A stretch of DNA of 64,000 nt from Candidatus Latescibacterota bacterium (GTDB taxonomy: Bacteria; Latescibacterota; CBDEFO01), in the NCBI GenBank assembly GCA_965237525.1, contig CBDEFO010000008.1:1600001-1664000 (forward strand). The letters are read 5' to 3'. The notes beneath the pieces were generated by a model. The model was not told where the DNA came from. It was given only the letters and a program-made list of their open reading frames with translations, and made no database searches. The position numbers were made by a program, and so were the translations under genes. Below are positions 1 through 10,700 of the stretch, piece by piece. Within the stretch, counting starts at the first letter, position 1, and each line of letters begins with the position of its first letter.

Positions 1-317
1 ACCAGAAGTAACGACCCCACAAGCGTACGAGCCTCGCCGTCAGTAGCGGTATTTTGTTGTTCTCCTGAGCGATCCACTGCATAATTCAATTGACATCGCA
101 CATTTTCTTTTGTATGTTCCCTCCTAATTAGCCTATACCTCCCGTAGCTACCCAATCCATTAGATCCTCCGTAGAAATACTTGGCAGGTAAATAACGCTG
201 CTTGGCAGAGACTGTGACAGAAGTTGTCACAATCAGGTTGTATATTCCCCACTAGAGAACAGTGAGACAGGCGCTTCTCCTAAGCTGAAGAATGAATCCT
301 CAAAGCGGGAAGCAAAT

Positions 318-1241
318 ATGAAATGTCCAGAGTGTGGGTTGATAAATCCCGATAGCAGATCGAGATGTGTTTGCGGTTATAATTTTGCAACTAGTCAAAT
401 GAAGGAATCATCTCAGCAGTCAGATGCGCAACAATTGAAGAAGATAAGTGTTATCCTTTTGTGGTTTCTGACAAATATCACCTTTGGAATATATGTCCCA
501 GGTTGGTATTTGACAAGACGAAATACAATCAACAATCTGCAATCTGAGCAAAAAGTTGGCTCTGGAGTATTTGTTTTTGCTATTGTGGTGATCAGTATAA
601 TTGTTTTGATAAGTATGGGTGGCTTCATCTCTGGCACCCCTAGAAACATGGATGCAGATGTTATGTTGGGAAGTTTTTTATGTGGTTTTATCATCTCTGG
701 CAGCTCTGACACCATGGTTATATTGGGAATACTAAATTGGGTTGTAGTAATCACTTTGTTAGCTCAGTGCTTCAAGGTGAGGCGTATTCTAAATGAACAT
801 TTCAACGCGCATTTACAAAGAGGAATATCGTTCTCGTGGATAGCAACTTTGTTTTTCCAAATATACTATCTTCAATACAAGATAAATAGATATGAAAATC
901 GGCTGTCTACTCAAGAGCTAACTGTTCAAGAAACAGCTGCCAAAGTTGTAGAGCCAGCAGATGCTACAGTGCCACAACTGGGGAAAACTGATGTTGACAT
1001 CAATGGCAATAGCCAAAAAATAATCGCAACACGAGGATCGGTTATGAATAAGCCTCAAATGATTGTTATGTGGGTTATGGCAATCCTTCTATCCGTATTA
1101 TCATACCCTTTCTTTGATGAAGTAATGCGTATGTACGACGATGAAGCACTTATTTTATCCCTGATTGTATCAGTCGTTCTGATAGGAACAGCATTGGTAT
1201 TTTCTCTCAGGAATGTCAAAGATGACGAGGTTGCCAGGTAG
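318..1241 (+). CDS. Membrane protein with N-terminal zinc ribbon and DUF4234-like domain
   Basis: CPEC...CVC at the N-terminus; ITFGIYxxxW and FFxIYYLQYKIN motifs typical of DUF4234; several hydrophobic helices. Confidence 0.55.
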   Translation: MKCPECGLINPDSRSRCVCGYNFATSQMKESSQQSDAQQLKKISVILLWFLTNITFGIYVPGWYLTRRNTINNLQSEQKVGSGVFVFAIVVISIIVLISMGGFISGTPRNMDADVMLGSFLCGFIISGSSDTMVILGILNWVVVITLLAQCFKVRRILNEHFNAHLQRGISFSWIATLFFQIYYLQYKINRYENRLSTQELTVQETAAKVVEPADATVPQLGKTDVDINGNSQKIIATRGSVMNKPQMIVMWVMAILLSVLSYPFFDEVMRMYDDEALILSLIVSVVLIGTALVFSLRNVKDDEVAR

Positions 1242-1275
1242 GAAGTTTTTTGCCAGCATTGGAGGATAGAACAAC

Positions 1276-1663
1276 ATGTATAAGCTAACTCACTTTGTAG
1301 CCCTTGTCGTTTTTCTGCTCTTCTTTATAGCTTGTTCAGATTCCAGTTTGTTACAATCTGACATTGACGAGTTGAAGCAAGAGGTGGAGGATTTCAAGAA
1401 ATCTAATCAGAACCTTAAAAAAAGAGCTTGATGATATAAAGAAATCGAATATAACTACCACGATTTCCACAGAAACTCAGAAGGGCACGGTTGAGTTCAC
1501 GGTGTCATCAGAGTGTACGTTTCTTGCAACTGGTCTCTCTGATATAAATCTAAACATTTATATAGACGGAGTTTTCAAAGAACAAACCGATTTTGACGAT
1601 TCATGGCGCTCCCGCCCAAATAGTGCCGATATATCTCCTCTTTGGGTTCTTCGATCCACGTAG
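1276..1663 (+). pseudogene. Putative lipoprotein gene, frameshifted in an A7 run
   Basis: GGAGG at 1261, ATG 1276, signal peptide MYKLTHFVALVVFLLFFIAC (lipobox-like). Removing one A from 1417-1423 opens the frame to TAG 1661-1663. Confidence 0.5.
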
Positions 1664-1727
1664 TGCCAGAGGACAGGTTCGCAGGAAGAATCTTGCGGTG
1701 ATAGGCCGGCATATCTATGCTCCTTAT

Positions 1728-3564
1728 CTATGCTATTCCCAGCTCTTCCACTAAACTGTCGAATCTGTTTAAGACCCTATCTCTCAATTGTGAGTAAAAC
1801 TCCGGTGTTATAAAGTGGGTAAGTTTAATGTTCGGATTGCCCTCGTAGGTCTGATCGGGCAGGACGTAGTCGTCCACTCTGAAGCCCTGTTTTCTCTCCA
1901 GGGCATAACCCCTTATAAACGTCTTAAGCACGCTCCTTTTGAGTTCTGCTTCACTTATGGAGATGTTCATCTCTTCATTTAAGGCATTCACGGCGTAATT
2001 GTCGTCTATTCCGGCGAACTTGCAAAGGCCGATTAAGTCGTCCCTGATCTGGTACAGGCCTCTTTCTACTATCGCCTCCTCCCAGTAGTCGACAGATGTC
2101 TCTCCTTCGAAAATCAGTAAAAGGAAGGTCTTCATGGACATGTGCCCTCCGGCGATGGCGAAGGGATAGCCGGGGTTCGTCTCGGCGAGATATGCCGGAA
2201 GTTCCACTCCCTTGCATTGCATGGCGAAAGATGTCTCTCCCAGCTTTTCCGAGACTCTCTTTACCCCGTGTCCGAAGAGAGGTTCCTCTCCGTATGCCAT
2301 GTTCCTTAAGATCCTTTGTGCTCCTTCGAAATCCCCGAACTCCAGGTCGTCTGCGATCTTAGATTCTCCATCCTTGCGGCTGTTGTAGTCCATTATGTAA
2401 CCAAGTGTCACACCTGCGCTTATAGAGTCGAATCCCATTTCGTCCACAAGGGCAATTATCTCCCACGCCTGCGCCCTGTCGGTGATTCCGAGGTTGGAGC
2501 TCAATAGGTTCAGCGGCTCGTAGTCCGACTTGGCCAAAAAATCCCCGCCTTTTCCGTTCGCCTTGATGTATATGTTCTTGTGGCAGGCTATCCCGCACCT
2601 GTAGCACGACTCGTCCTTGATGTGATATTCCTCCTCCACGTTCTCCCTGAACAGAGGTGCACCGCCTCGTCGGTGCCCCTGAGGTCTGAAATTGTATTCG
2701 GGCAAAGCCCCTGCATCGTAAAGGGGAAGGTAGTTCGACCAGGTACCTCCCATCCCTCCTCCTTTGTCCTTTTCCCTGAACTTCTTCGAGCCGTCGCCCC
2801 TTGCTACCTCTTTGTTCACGTCCACAAGGAGTCTTGGTCAACCTCTTATGCCGGGGCTCGGTCCCGTCGCAGACTATGGCAAGGAGGTTTTTCGACCCCA
2901 TCAGGCCTCCCATGCCGCCGCGTCCTGCGAATCGAGGCTTCGGGTCGCCCGACTTTATCTGATTCTCCGTTGAAATCGCCACCGCAGCGAATCTGTTTGT
3001 ATCATAGTTCTCTCCGGCAGGACCTATTGCTGCAAAGTGTGCTTCGGGATATCTTTCTCTCAGATACATAATCTTTTCGTGGGTCGTCTTCCCTACCAGC
3101 TCCTGTGCGGGCTCAAGCGAGAGTTTTGATTCTTTTATGTCCCCCTTGACCACTAAGTAGACGGGCTCGTCTGACCTTCCAAAGAAGACCATCTCGTCGA
3201 TCCCAGCCCACTTCATCTCGGTCCCGAACTTCCCGCTCCCCGCGGACCACATCGCAGCAGGCATACCGCTGTTGGAGACCTTCAGCGGACTGTACGCGGT
3301 GAAATATGTCCTCAGACCTGTCATCACATCTGTGCCGCTTAAGACCCCCGTATTAACCACAAGAGGGCTTCCAGGATCATAAGCTTCCGTCACTGCGAAG
3401 TCCTCAAGGAATTTGAAGGACCGTGCAATTCCGCCTAAAAAATCCTCCATATCCTCACAATCTCTGTCTTCTGCATCGATTTTCCCGCTGTCCAATTGTA
3501 ATGTGGCCCTTCTGTATTTGAAATCCCTTATATCTTTCTTACCGTCGCCGTCTGGACTTATCAT
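1728..3564 (-). pseudogene. Aldehyde:ferredoxin oxidoreductase (tungsten AOR family), split by one frameshift near 2832 (real or assembly error)
   Basis: N-half has SPL..SGKFG..KWAG.D and AGRGGMGxxMGSKNL; C-half has CYRCGIAC, DEMGFDSIS and DDLIGLCKF. The two ORFs join by a single frame change. Confidence 0.85.
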
Positions 3565-3622
3565 ATCTTTTCTCCCTGAAATTTCGAGTCTATCTTTGCT
3601 TCGATCAGTTACCTTATGTTAA

Positions 3623-3651
3623 ATAATAATAGATAGGTCATCGATTGTCAA
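3623..3651 (-). promoter_or_regulatory. Sigma-70 promoter of the AOR gene
   Basis: TTGACA-17bp-TATTAT on the minus strand, upstream of ATG 3564. Confidence 0.55.
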
Positions 3652-4103
3652 GAGGTGAACTTTACATAATAGGCGAATGTGGCGAAGTCCAGGTCCGTAG
3701 CCTCAAGCCTCTGATCCGTGATTGTTTGATATTTTCGCGGATTAAGCGCAACCTATGTGCAGCATCAAGATAGAGTTGCTTACCTGGAGAAAGGTTGAGC
3801 GCTTTGAGCTCGTCGAAAGGACTAAAGGCCGTCTCAAACTTATACTCATCAATGAGTTTGGCTTCGGGCATGAATCTGTCCGCTGGCGGTCGTTCATTGT
3901 TCGTATAGCTGGTCATGCTCAGCGATAAATGGCCATCACGCCAGATTGCTGAATCATCGAGGAGTTCTTGATGACTTCTCAGAAAAATTGTAGAATCAGA
4001 CCTCACTAATTTACTACTCGTTGAAGTGGAGATGTCCTAACAGGAGGATGAGAATAGCCACCTGTGGGAGCTACGATTTCCTTTGACATACCTAAACCTG
4101 TAT

Positions 4104-4676
4104 TCAGAATAGTATTAGATACCAGGAGGCCACAAAGCTTATTCCCGACACTCCCCATAGCAAGCCTGCTACTTTGTCTCTTCTTTCTGCGCTTTTAAGG
4201 TCATCCTCAATTCTTCTGGGATTGGCTGAGTGTAGATATTTATCGAAGCTGTCATCAGCGGAATTCTTAACTATTGATGCCGCTATTCCTGACGCCACCG
4301 ATATACCTAAGAAGACATAAGTGGGCCATCTGTTCTTGTCGTTTTTCCTCAATGACACGGACCCTGCGTAGTCCTTCTTGGTAAGGAATATCCTGCCTTT
4401 GCGCTGTGCCTGCTCTGCTTTGGAATCCTGCTCTGAAAGACTTTGTAGAAAGCCAATATCGCGCAAAAACTCTTTCCCTCTTATGTCTGATATTATCTTT
4501 GATTTCCCCAACATTGGAAGCACAGACATCCTTGTCTGTTCACTCTCCATGTGACACAGGGATCTCTGATCCACCCATAATTTTTGAGGGCCCCTTTGAG
4601 ACTGTGCAATTGACGGCCAGAGACCTGCAGCCAGGAGGGTGATTATGAAAAATAGTGGGCTTTTAGTGGTTGTCAT
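4104..4676 (-). CDS. Hypothetical exported/membrane protein
   Basis: Signal peptide, two C-terminal hydrophobic segments, last in a co-oriented cluster. Confidence 0.6.
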   Translation of the reverse strand: MTTTKSPLFFIITLLAAGLWPSIAQSQRGPQKLWVDQRSLCHMESEQTRMSVLPMLGKSKIISDIRGKEFLRDIGFLQSLSEQDSKAEQAQRKGRIFLTKKDYAGSVSLRKNDKNRWPTYVFLGISVASGIAASIVKNSADDSFDKYLHSANPRRIEDDLKSAERRDKVAGLLWGVSGISFVASWYLILF

Positions 4677-4740
4677 CTACTTCTCTGGAGGCATCGAATA
4701 AGGTTTTCTATCCACCCCCGAATGCCCGCGAATGATTCTA

Positions 4741-4761
4741 CCCCGATTGAATCTATCGGGG
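4741..4761 (+). repeat. 21-bp palindrome CCCCGAT-TGAATCT-ATCGGGG, copy 1
   Basis: Exact consensus; 8 copies in the window. Confidence 0.9.
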
Positions 4762-4772
4762 GGGGTCGGGGA

Positions 4773-5984
4773 TCAGGGGCTGCTGTCTACTTGTTTCCCG
4801 AAGGCGTATATATAACCGCTCTCTGATCCTGCTGATCCTGCATAGATAAAGCTATCTCCGAAGGCGGGAGGAGATTCTATAGGGCCTTTGGTCTCGAATT
4901 TCCACTTCAATTCTCCTGATGCGCGGTCCAGGGCATACAAGTGCCTGTCTGCTGATCCGAAATAGACTGTATTATCCGTAAGAACAGGGGCGGACTTCAG
5001 GACGCCTTTTGTTGTAAATCTCCAGATCGGTCTGCCCGAGAGCTTGTCCAGGGCGTAGAGGTTACGGTCGTTCGAACCGAAATATACGGTTGTAACATCG
5101 CATGCTGATCCCGCGTATATTCCTGCCTCTGACTTGAAGATCCAGACCATCTCCCCGGAATGTGGATCCAGCTTGTAGAAAGTTCCCATCGCGGTTCCAA
5201 AGTATATACCACTGGAATCCGCAGTCGGAGAAGCATAGATGCTCGAATCTGCCTTGTACTTCCACTTCAATTTTCCCGTCTTTGAGGAGACAGCGTACAG
5301 ATGATCGTCGTCCGATCCAAAATAGACTAAACTATCTTTGGAACAGGGCGAAGAGTGAATTTGATCGTCTGCTTTGAACCTCCATAGCACCTCACCTGTT
5401 TGGGCTCTGACCGCTACTACTTCCCCGCGCTCTGATCCCACAAGCAGTAGGCCCTCCCAAAGACAAAGTGACGCGGATATATCTCCGAAATTTGCGCTCC
5501 ATTGTGCCTTCCCATCGGTCAGATTCAGGGCTATTAAGGACGCTTCCCCTCCTGAAAGAGGGATAAATAGCAGGCTGTCAAATAGAGCCGGAGTTCCGTG
5601 GATGGCTCCATCTACTTTGTAGGTCCTTATTGACGTCCCGGTTCTTCCATCTCGCAGGTATATCCTACCTGTCAAAGTAGCCGTCAGTACTTTGTGTCCT
5701 ACAAACAGAGGGGATGCCGCGACGGCTCCGTTGAGTCTATGTCTCCATAAGAGACCCAGCGGTGGGTCCGTCCCCCATGGAACGTATCCCGAACCCCAGG
5801 CGTTGCCTCTTCGCTGTCCCCACTCGTGGGGAGAATCTCCAACGGCTCGTATTACAATGGGGCTGGAACAGGCTATGAAGATAAGTAGACAGTAGACAGT
5901 AGCCCCCGATAGGGTCAATCGGGGGAGACAGGGATGGGAGAGGTACGGCGGTATGATGAATGCTGTTTGCCGTCTACTATTCAA
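4773..5984 (-). CDS. PQQ-like beta-propeller lipoprotein (BamB-like)
   Basis: Repeated SSP...VYFGSxDxxLYALDxxxGxxxWxF blades; lipobox IAC; likely TTG start at 5984 overlapping the upstream TGA, so the 6320 start is over-extended. Confidence 0.85.
   Translation of the reverse strand: MNSRRQTAFIIPPYLSHPCLPRLTLSGATVYCLLIFIACSSPIVIRAVGDSPHEWGQRRGNAWGSGYVPWGTDPPLGLLWRHRLNGAVAASPLFVGHKVLTATLTGRIYLRDGRTGTSIRTYKVDGAIHGTPALFDSLLFIPLSGGEASLIALNLTDGKAQWSANFGDISASLCLWEGLLLVGSERGEVVAVRAQTGEVLWRFKADDQIHSSPCSKDSLVYFGSDDDHLYAVSSKTGKLKWKYKADSSIYASPTADSSGIYFGTAMGTFYKLDPHSGEMVWIFKSEAGIYAGSACDVTTVYFGSNDRNLYALDKLSGRPIWRFTTKGVLKSAPVLTDNTVYFGSADRHLYALDRASGELKWKFETKGPIESPPAFGDSFIYAGSAGSESGYIYAFGKQVDSSP
5904..5924 (-). 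repeat. 21-bp palindrome copy 2, inside coding sequence (encodes PRLTLSG)
   Basis: CCCCGATTGACCCTATCGGGG on the minus strand, in frame. Confidence 0.8.
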
Positions 5985-6622
5985 CCGGAGAATCGCTCCT
6001 GTTCCCAAGGATCGCCGTTGTTGTGGTACCCGTACATCTCCCAAAAACCAGGTCTGTCTTTTTCCATAAACTCCAAGCCGTTGACCCATTTTGCGCTCTT
6101 CCAGCCGTAGAGCTTGGGCACGATGAGGCGAAGCGGCCAGCCGTGCTCTCTGGAAAGTGGCTGGCCGCTTCTGCTGTGGGCAAATAATACGTCGTCGTCC
6201 AAAAGTGCCTCCACTGGTACATTTGTGGTGTATCCACCGTAGGAGTGGAGCATTACGAATTTTGCCTGAGGCTTTACACTGATCTGTTTTATCAGTTCCC
6301 GAAAACTTGCTCCCTGCCATTCGTTATCCAACTGGCTCCAGCGTGTAACACAGTGAAAGTCCGCTGTGAGCCTAATCTGGGGCATGCTCATAAACTCGTC
6401 GTAGTTAAACTCGAGTTCCTCATCCACCAGCCCGAAGACCCGAAAGCGCCAGTCCTTGGGGTCTACATTAGGCATAGTGCCGTAGGTAAGGACAGGGAAT
6501 TTATCCGTCAGATACTGTCCTGGCGGAATCCGATCCTGTATCTTGTCAGGCTTCCTTTTAGGGTTTGCCCGGCGAAGTTTTCTAACTCTTTCTATAGGAT
6601 CTATCTTCATCTTATCTCCCAT
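5981..6622 (-). CDS. Sulfite oxidase-like molybdopterin oxidoreductase (YuiH-like)
   Basis: PPGQ, DFHCVTRWS, YTTN, HGWPLRLIVPKLYGWKSAKW, GFWExxGYH motifs. Confidence 0.92.
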   Translation of the reverse strand: MGDKMKIDPIERVRKLRRANPKRKPDKIQDRIPPGQYLTDKFPVLTYGTMPNVDPKDWRFRVFGLVDEELEFNYDEFMSMPQIRLTADFHCVTRWSQLDNEWQGASFRELIKQISVKPQAKFVMLHSYGGYTTNVPVEALLDDDVLFAHSRSGQPLSREHGWPLRLIVPKLYGWKSAKWVNGLEFMEKDRPGFWEMYGYHNNGDPWEQERFSG

Positions 6623-6702
6623 GTGTTGGAGTGATTTATCGTTTTATCCTTAAGTTATCAAATGTCTTACTTTATGGAATGTGTCTGTATTGAAGCGAAT
6701 TG

Positions 6703-7676
6703 CTAAGGAGCCACTGCCGAGACACGTTTGATCTGGCCCCAAGTAGTCCCTGACACACCCGTAGACTCTTCAAGGAGAAAGGAAAACGCATAAGGCCTGA
6801 AATCCACATAGATACCCTCCTTCGAAGTGGACAGTTGCGTTTTCACATGAAAGTGATAGTGGCCAGGTTCGGTCAACTGATAGGTGTCTGTAAGAGGCAA
6901 GGAAATACGCTCTGTCTGGTTTGGAGCGATGGTCACAAACTTAGGTAAACTATCGGTCTTTCCAGAGATTGATTGCACGGAATCACCAATCCTATCACGC
7001 AGATCAAACCAGATCAGTATCCCTGACGGAAGTGGATGGGCCTGATTTTCCGGTACAGAAAGCACTGTAACTGAGTTCGCCATATGATTGGTGACTTTCA
7101 ACGATACGTTCACATATCCACTTAAGGAAAAATGATCTGAGCTGTGAAATTCGATCTCTATTGGGGGGGTCCCATGGGCAATTGTATATTCAACAAACTC
7201 TACAACGTCAACTGCTAGCGCAGATGAATCCTCACCAAGCACAATGACACGGGGAGGCACTAACGGGGAAAAGTAGCTGCCTTCATCCTCTTCTGTTATC
7301 ATCAGCAACAATCGATTGTCTACCTTATAGGGTTCTAGCAGAAAATTACAACCAGAATGCGAGATACCTTCCGAGAAGGATAGAACCAGTGGTCCGGGTT
7401 CCAGATCTCCTTTCAAGACCCGTTCTACCTGGATGATCGTCGAAACCCCAACTCACGAACCCCAATATCACTCTCTTCGTCTCGATAGGTCACTTCTGGC
7501 CTTATCGAATCAACAGTTCCTACAACAATAAAATGAGCTGAGGGAACGACGGAGACTATGGGCCAGATCTCAATGGTACAGGCTTCCAAAAAGGTCCATG
7601 AAATCAGCGTAAGCACTAGACTGCAGATGATCACAACTTTAAGTATGGAAAGCCACAGGACAGGTGCAAGCCTCAT
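6703..7676 (-). pseudogene. Secreted protein with C-terminal TWGxIK motif, split by a frameshift near 7440-7455
   Basis: ORF 7425-7676 has a signal peptide and IVVGTVDSI; the adjacent frame continues TIIQVERVLKGDL into ORF 6703-7416, which ends TTWGQIK. Confidence 0.65.
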
Positions 7677-7712
7677 TCAAGCTTCCCCCTGGCTTTGATA
7701 ATCAGAGCGAAC

Positions 7713-10640
7713 TTAAAAATCCCATCCGAAGAAGAAGTCCCATTCAGTATTATTGTCCATGCTCTTGAAGTCCATCCTCCTTGAGCCGTCCAGACGCAGC
7801 ACGAAGAATCCGCCTATATTGAACCTTATGCCTGCGCCGAAGCTGCCCAGCATGTCGTCGAAGTCAAGACCCCTATCCCACGCGCTCCCCAGGTCCAAGA
7901 ACATGGCACCTCTTATCGCCTGAAAGCCCATACCGCCGATGGGAAGACCTATAAGTAGATTGTCCACCAGCGGAAAACGGAGTTCGTTATTTATAAGAAA
8001 GATGTTCCGTCCCCTGATAGAACCCCTATCATAGCCCCTAAATGTCCAACTTCCACCCATCGTGAATCGATGAGGATCGTCTCCGAACCTGTATCTTGTT
8101 ATAGCTCTGAACGCAAAGGCGGTCCTTTTAGAGAGCCTTTGATACTTCCGATAATCTGCAAGCAACATGGTGTGATAGAGATCCGAACCTTTAAGATCGA
8201 TAGTGTGAGTGATGCCGAAGTTGTACCTTTCTCCGTCCATCGGACCTGTCGGGCCCCACAGACTGTTGTCCTTTGTAAAGCCCACATAGTTTGTCATTAA
8301 AAGATTATCATCGTTTTTATCCTTGAAGAGGCGTCTTCTTTCAGATCTCCTCAATATGAAACTCGTCTCCAATCTTTCGAACTTTGAAAACGGATAGCTG
8401 AACGTTAGGAAGCCCCCAGTGCGTCTCTCACTGAACCTCCTGTCAAACGGGTTGAAAAGGCCCTGATCCAGACGGAAGATCCCCCACGCAACATTTGTCC
8501 GTCTTGCTAAGTCCAGACGTGTGAACGCAAAGCTGAAGCTTTCAAAGATGTCGGCGGCTCTGTCTGCTGTATTGAAGACCGAGATATAATACTGATGGTC
8601 CCCGAGTATGTCCGTAAGCGCTATCTGCACGCCTCCTGTAGGTCCAAATTCGGGATCCTGAACGATCTGGCTCTGAGCAAAGTCCAATGAAAGCTTCCTA
8701 TTGTACCTGGCTCTGCCTTTGACGTTTTCCTCCTGTATCCTTCCGAGCCTCCAGGAGTTGCCATAATCATCCGGGACAGTCTCTATTTCCTGCTCTATAT
8801 CCTCGTGGATATCTACGCTGTATATTTGAAAACTGTTGTTTTCATAGCCTGTAAAGACGAGGGTTTTTCCATCTGGCAGCCAGTCCGGATCCATAGCCCC
8901 TGTTAGGATATTTGTCATCCTCTTAACTTCCCTTGTTTTGGTCTTGCCTCTCGACTGAACATCGTAGAGCACGGATGATCCCTCGGTATCTGAAGTGGAA
9001 GCTAACTGTTCGGGACAAGGCTGGACTGTCAGCGTATAGATGTCGAAAGCCCCGTGGCGGTCTGAGGAAAACGCTATGTGCTCTCCGTTGGGTGACCAGG
9101 ACGGGGAGTAATCTTTATATTTACCCGAAGTAAGGGGTTCAATTGCGCCTGTTTTCAAATCGTAAATAGAAAGATTAGTAAATCCATCTTTTCCGTGCTG
9201 TCCTCTGTCGGAGACAAACGCGATCTTTCCCCCGTCAGGGCTCCAGTCGGGGTCCCTGTCGTTATAAATATCGTCGGTGAGCTGAGTCAGCGTGGTGTCC
9301 TTGGTATCGACGATGTAAAGATCGAAGATCCCACCTCTGTTCGCGCCTGACAAAACGATCCTCCTGCCATCGGGAGACCAGCACGGAGACGCCAGAGACA
9401 CAATAGAACGAAACGAGAGTTCTTTAAAGATTCTCGCTCTATTTATGTCCCAGATGTAGAGTACATCTCTGTCCTTGCTTTGAGATACAAATGCGAGCAG
9501 CCCCTCTTTGGAAACGGATATTTTACTGCTTAAAGGGTGAAATGACTCAAACTCAGCGGTGCGTCCGCCTTTCACAATCTTTTGTGCCTGATTTTGTCCA
9601 AAGTCCTTCTTATAGATGTTGGGATAGCCTGTCCGATTCGATATGAAGACGAAGTATGTTCCGCTCGAATCTCCTTCTGCCCTGGGAGCTACAGAGGGCT
9701 TGACACTTACACCACCTGATGTCAGCTTCTTCCCGACTCTGCTTACAGGATCGCTGTCTTTAATTTGAGGCAGATACTTCTTTTTTGTTTTATATTGCCA
9801 ATCGCTGTCCACCTTGCTCAATGGAACTCCTAAAGCGGACTGAAATATGTGGGGGAAATACTCGCTTTTCCACCAATTTTCAAATATGAGGCTGATCTTA
9901 TCGTCTCCGTACTCCCTCGCTACAAAATCCAGTATAGATTCACCCTCCTTATACATCTTGAAAGTCCCGTTTATCTCATACATACGGTTTATGGGGACCA
10001 GATTCTCTGAGAAGACGGCGTCCTTTATAATCATGTCAGCCTGGGAATCAACATCCCCCGACCAGTGCTCAGCTAGTCCTTCAGAGAACCATAGAGGCGG
10101 ACCGTGAAATCTGGATGCTCTGTGGTTCTTTAGAACCGTTCTGATCTTATCCATAGTAAAGACGTGAACCAGTTCGTGTCGGATGACTCTCCTGAAGTAA
10201 GCAAACGAACCGTTGTGCGGGAGGACCACTCTGCCTTTTATGAACTCTGTAAAGCCAGCTACTCCCTCAGGGAGGAGACCAGGAATAGTGTTGGTCATCT
10301 GAAAGTGTATGGGGGAACTGTAGAAGATCAGAGGTATTCTCCTTTGTACGGTGTGAGAAAATTTTCGCTCAAGAAAAATATAGCTTTCCTCCGCCATCAG
10401 AGCGCCTATCTCTGCGACTTCCACCTCCTCAGGATAGAAGTAGATATTGAAATGCTCTGTCCTCATGAGCCTCCAGTCGAACGTGGAGTATTGAACTTTG
10501 TTCTTGCCGAAATAGTAGAACTGGGCAAAAGATGCTTGGACAGAAAAGAGTAGACAGGAGAGGGTAGACAGGAGACAGGGCAACCCTGCCCATCCCCATG
10601 TTAGAAACAGTGAGATGATACGTGAGCGTTTTTTTGTCAT
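7713..10640 (-). CDS. Omp85-family outer membrane protein with N-terminal gluzincin (HExxH) domain and PD40/TolB-like propeller
   Basis: Signal peptide, FGKNKVQY, HELVH...WFSEGLAE, PxWSPDG repeats, FRGY motif, terminal WDF. Confidence 0.88.
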   Translation of the reverse strand: MTKKRSRIISLFLTWGWAGLPCLLSTLSCLLFSVQASFAQFYYFGKNKVQYSTFDWRLMRTEHFNIYFYPEEVEVAEIGALMAEESYIFLERKFSHTVQRRIPLIFYSSPIHFQMTNTIPGLLPEGVAGFTEFIKGRVVLPHNGSFAYFRRVIRHELVHVFTMDKIRTVLKNHRASRFHGPPLWFSEGLAEHWSGDVDSQADMIIKDAVFSENLVPINRMYEINGTFKMYKEGESILDFVAREYGDDKISLIFENWWKSEYFPHIFQSALGVPLSKVDSDWQYKTKKKYLPQIKDSDPVSRVGKKLTSGGVSVKPSVAPRAEGDSSGTYFVFISNRTGYPNIYKKDFGQNQAQKIVKGGRTAEFESFHPLSSKISVSKEGLLAFVSQSKDRDVLYIWDINRARIFKELSFRSIVSLASPCWSPDGRRIVLSGANRGGIFDLYIVDTKDTTLTQLTDDIYNDRDPDWSPDGGKIAFVSDRGQHGKDGFTNLSIYDLKTGAIEPLTSGKYKDYSPSWSPNGEHIAFSSDRHGAFDIYTLTVQPCPEQLASTSDTEGSSVLYDVQSRGKTKTREVKRMTNILTGAMDPDWLPDGKTLVFTGYENNSFQIYSVDIHEDIEQEIETVPDDYGNSWRLGRIQEENVKGRARYNRKLSLDFAQSQIVQDPEFGPTGGVQIALTDILGDHQYYISVFNTADRAADIFESFSFAFTRLDLARRTNVAWGIFRLDQGLFNPFDRRFSERRTGGFLTFSYPFSKFERLETSFILRRSERRRLFKDKNDDNLLMTNYVGFTKDNSLWGPTGPMDGERYNFGITHTIDLKGSDLYHTMLLADYRKYQRLSKRTAFAFRAITRYRFGDDPHRFTMGGSWTFRGYDRGSIRGRNIFLINNELRFPLVDNLLIGLPIGGMGFQAIRGAMFLDLGSAWDRGLDFDDMLGSFGAGIRFNIGGFFVLRLDGSRRMDFKSMDNNTEWDFFFGWDF

Positions 10641-10700
10641 GGGTCGCTTATTTCATTAGTCGTTGCAAACTCAAAGCGCTCGGTCTAAAGACAGGTCATC

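Noticed and set aside
2820..2850. Programmed frameshift in the AOR gene
   Set aside because: No slippery heptamer or homopolymer at the junction; an indel is more parsimonious
3662..4006. 114-aa minus-strand ORF
   Set aside because: No recognisable motif or RBS; may be a gene fragment but cannot be supported
5984..6320. N-terminal extension of the 515-aa PQQ ORF
   Set aside because: It overlaps the sulfite-oxidase-like gene out of frame; the signal peptide lies downstream of 5984
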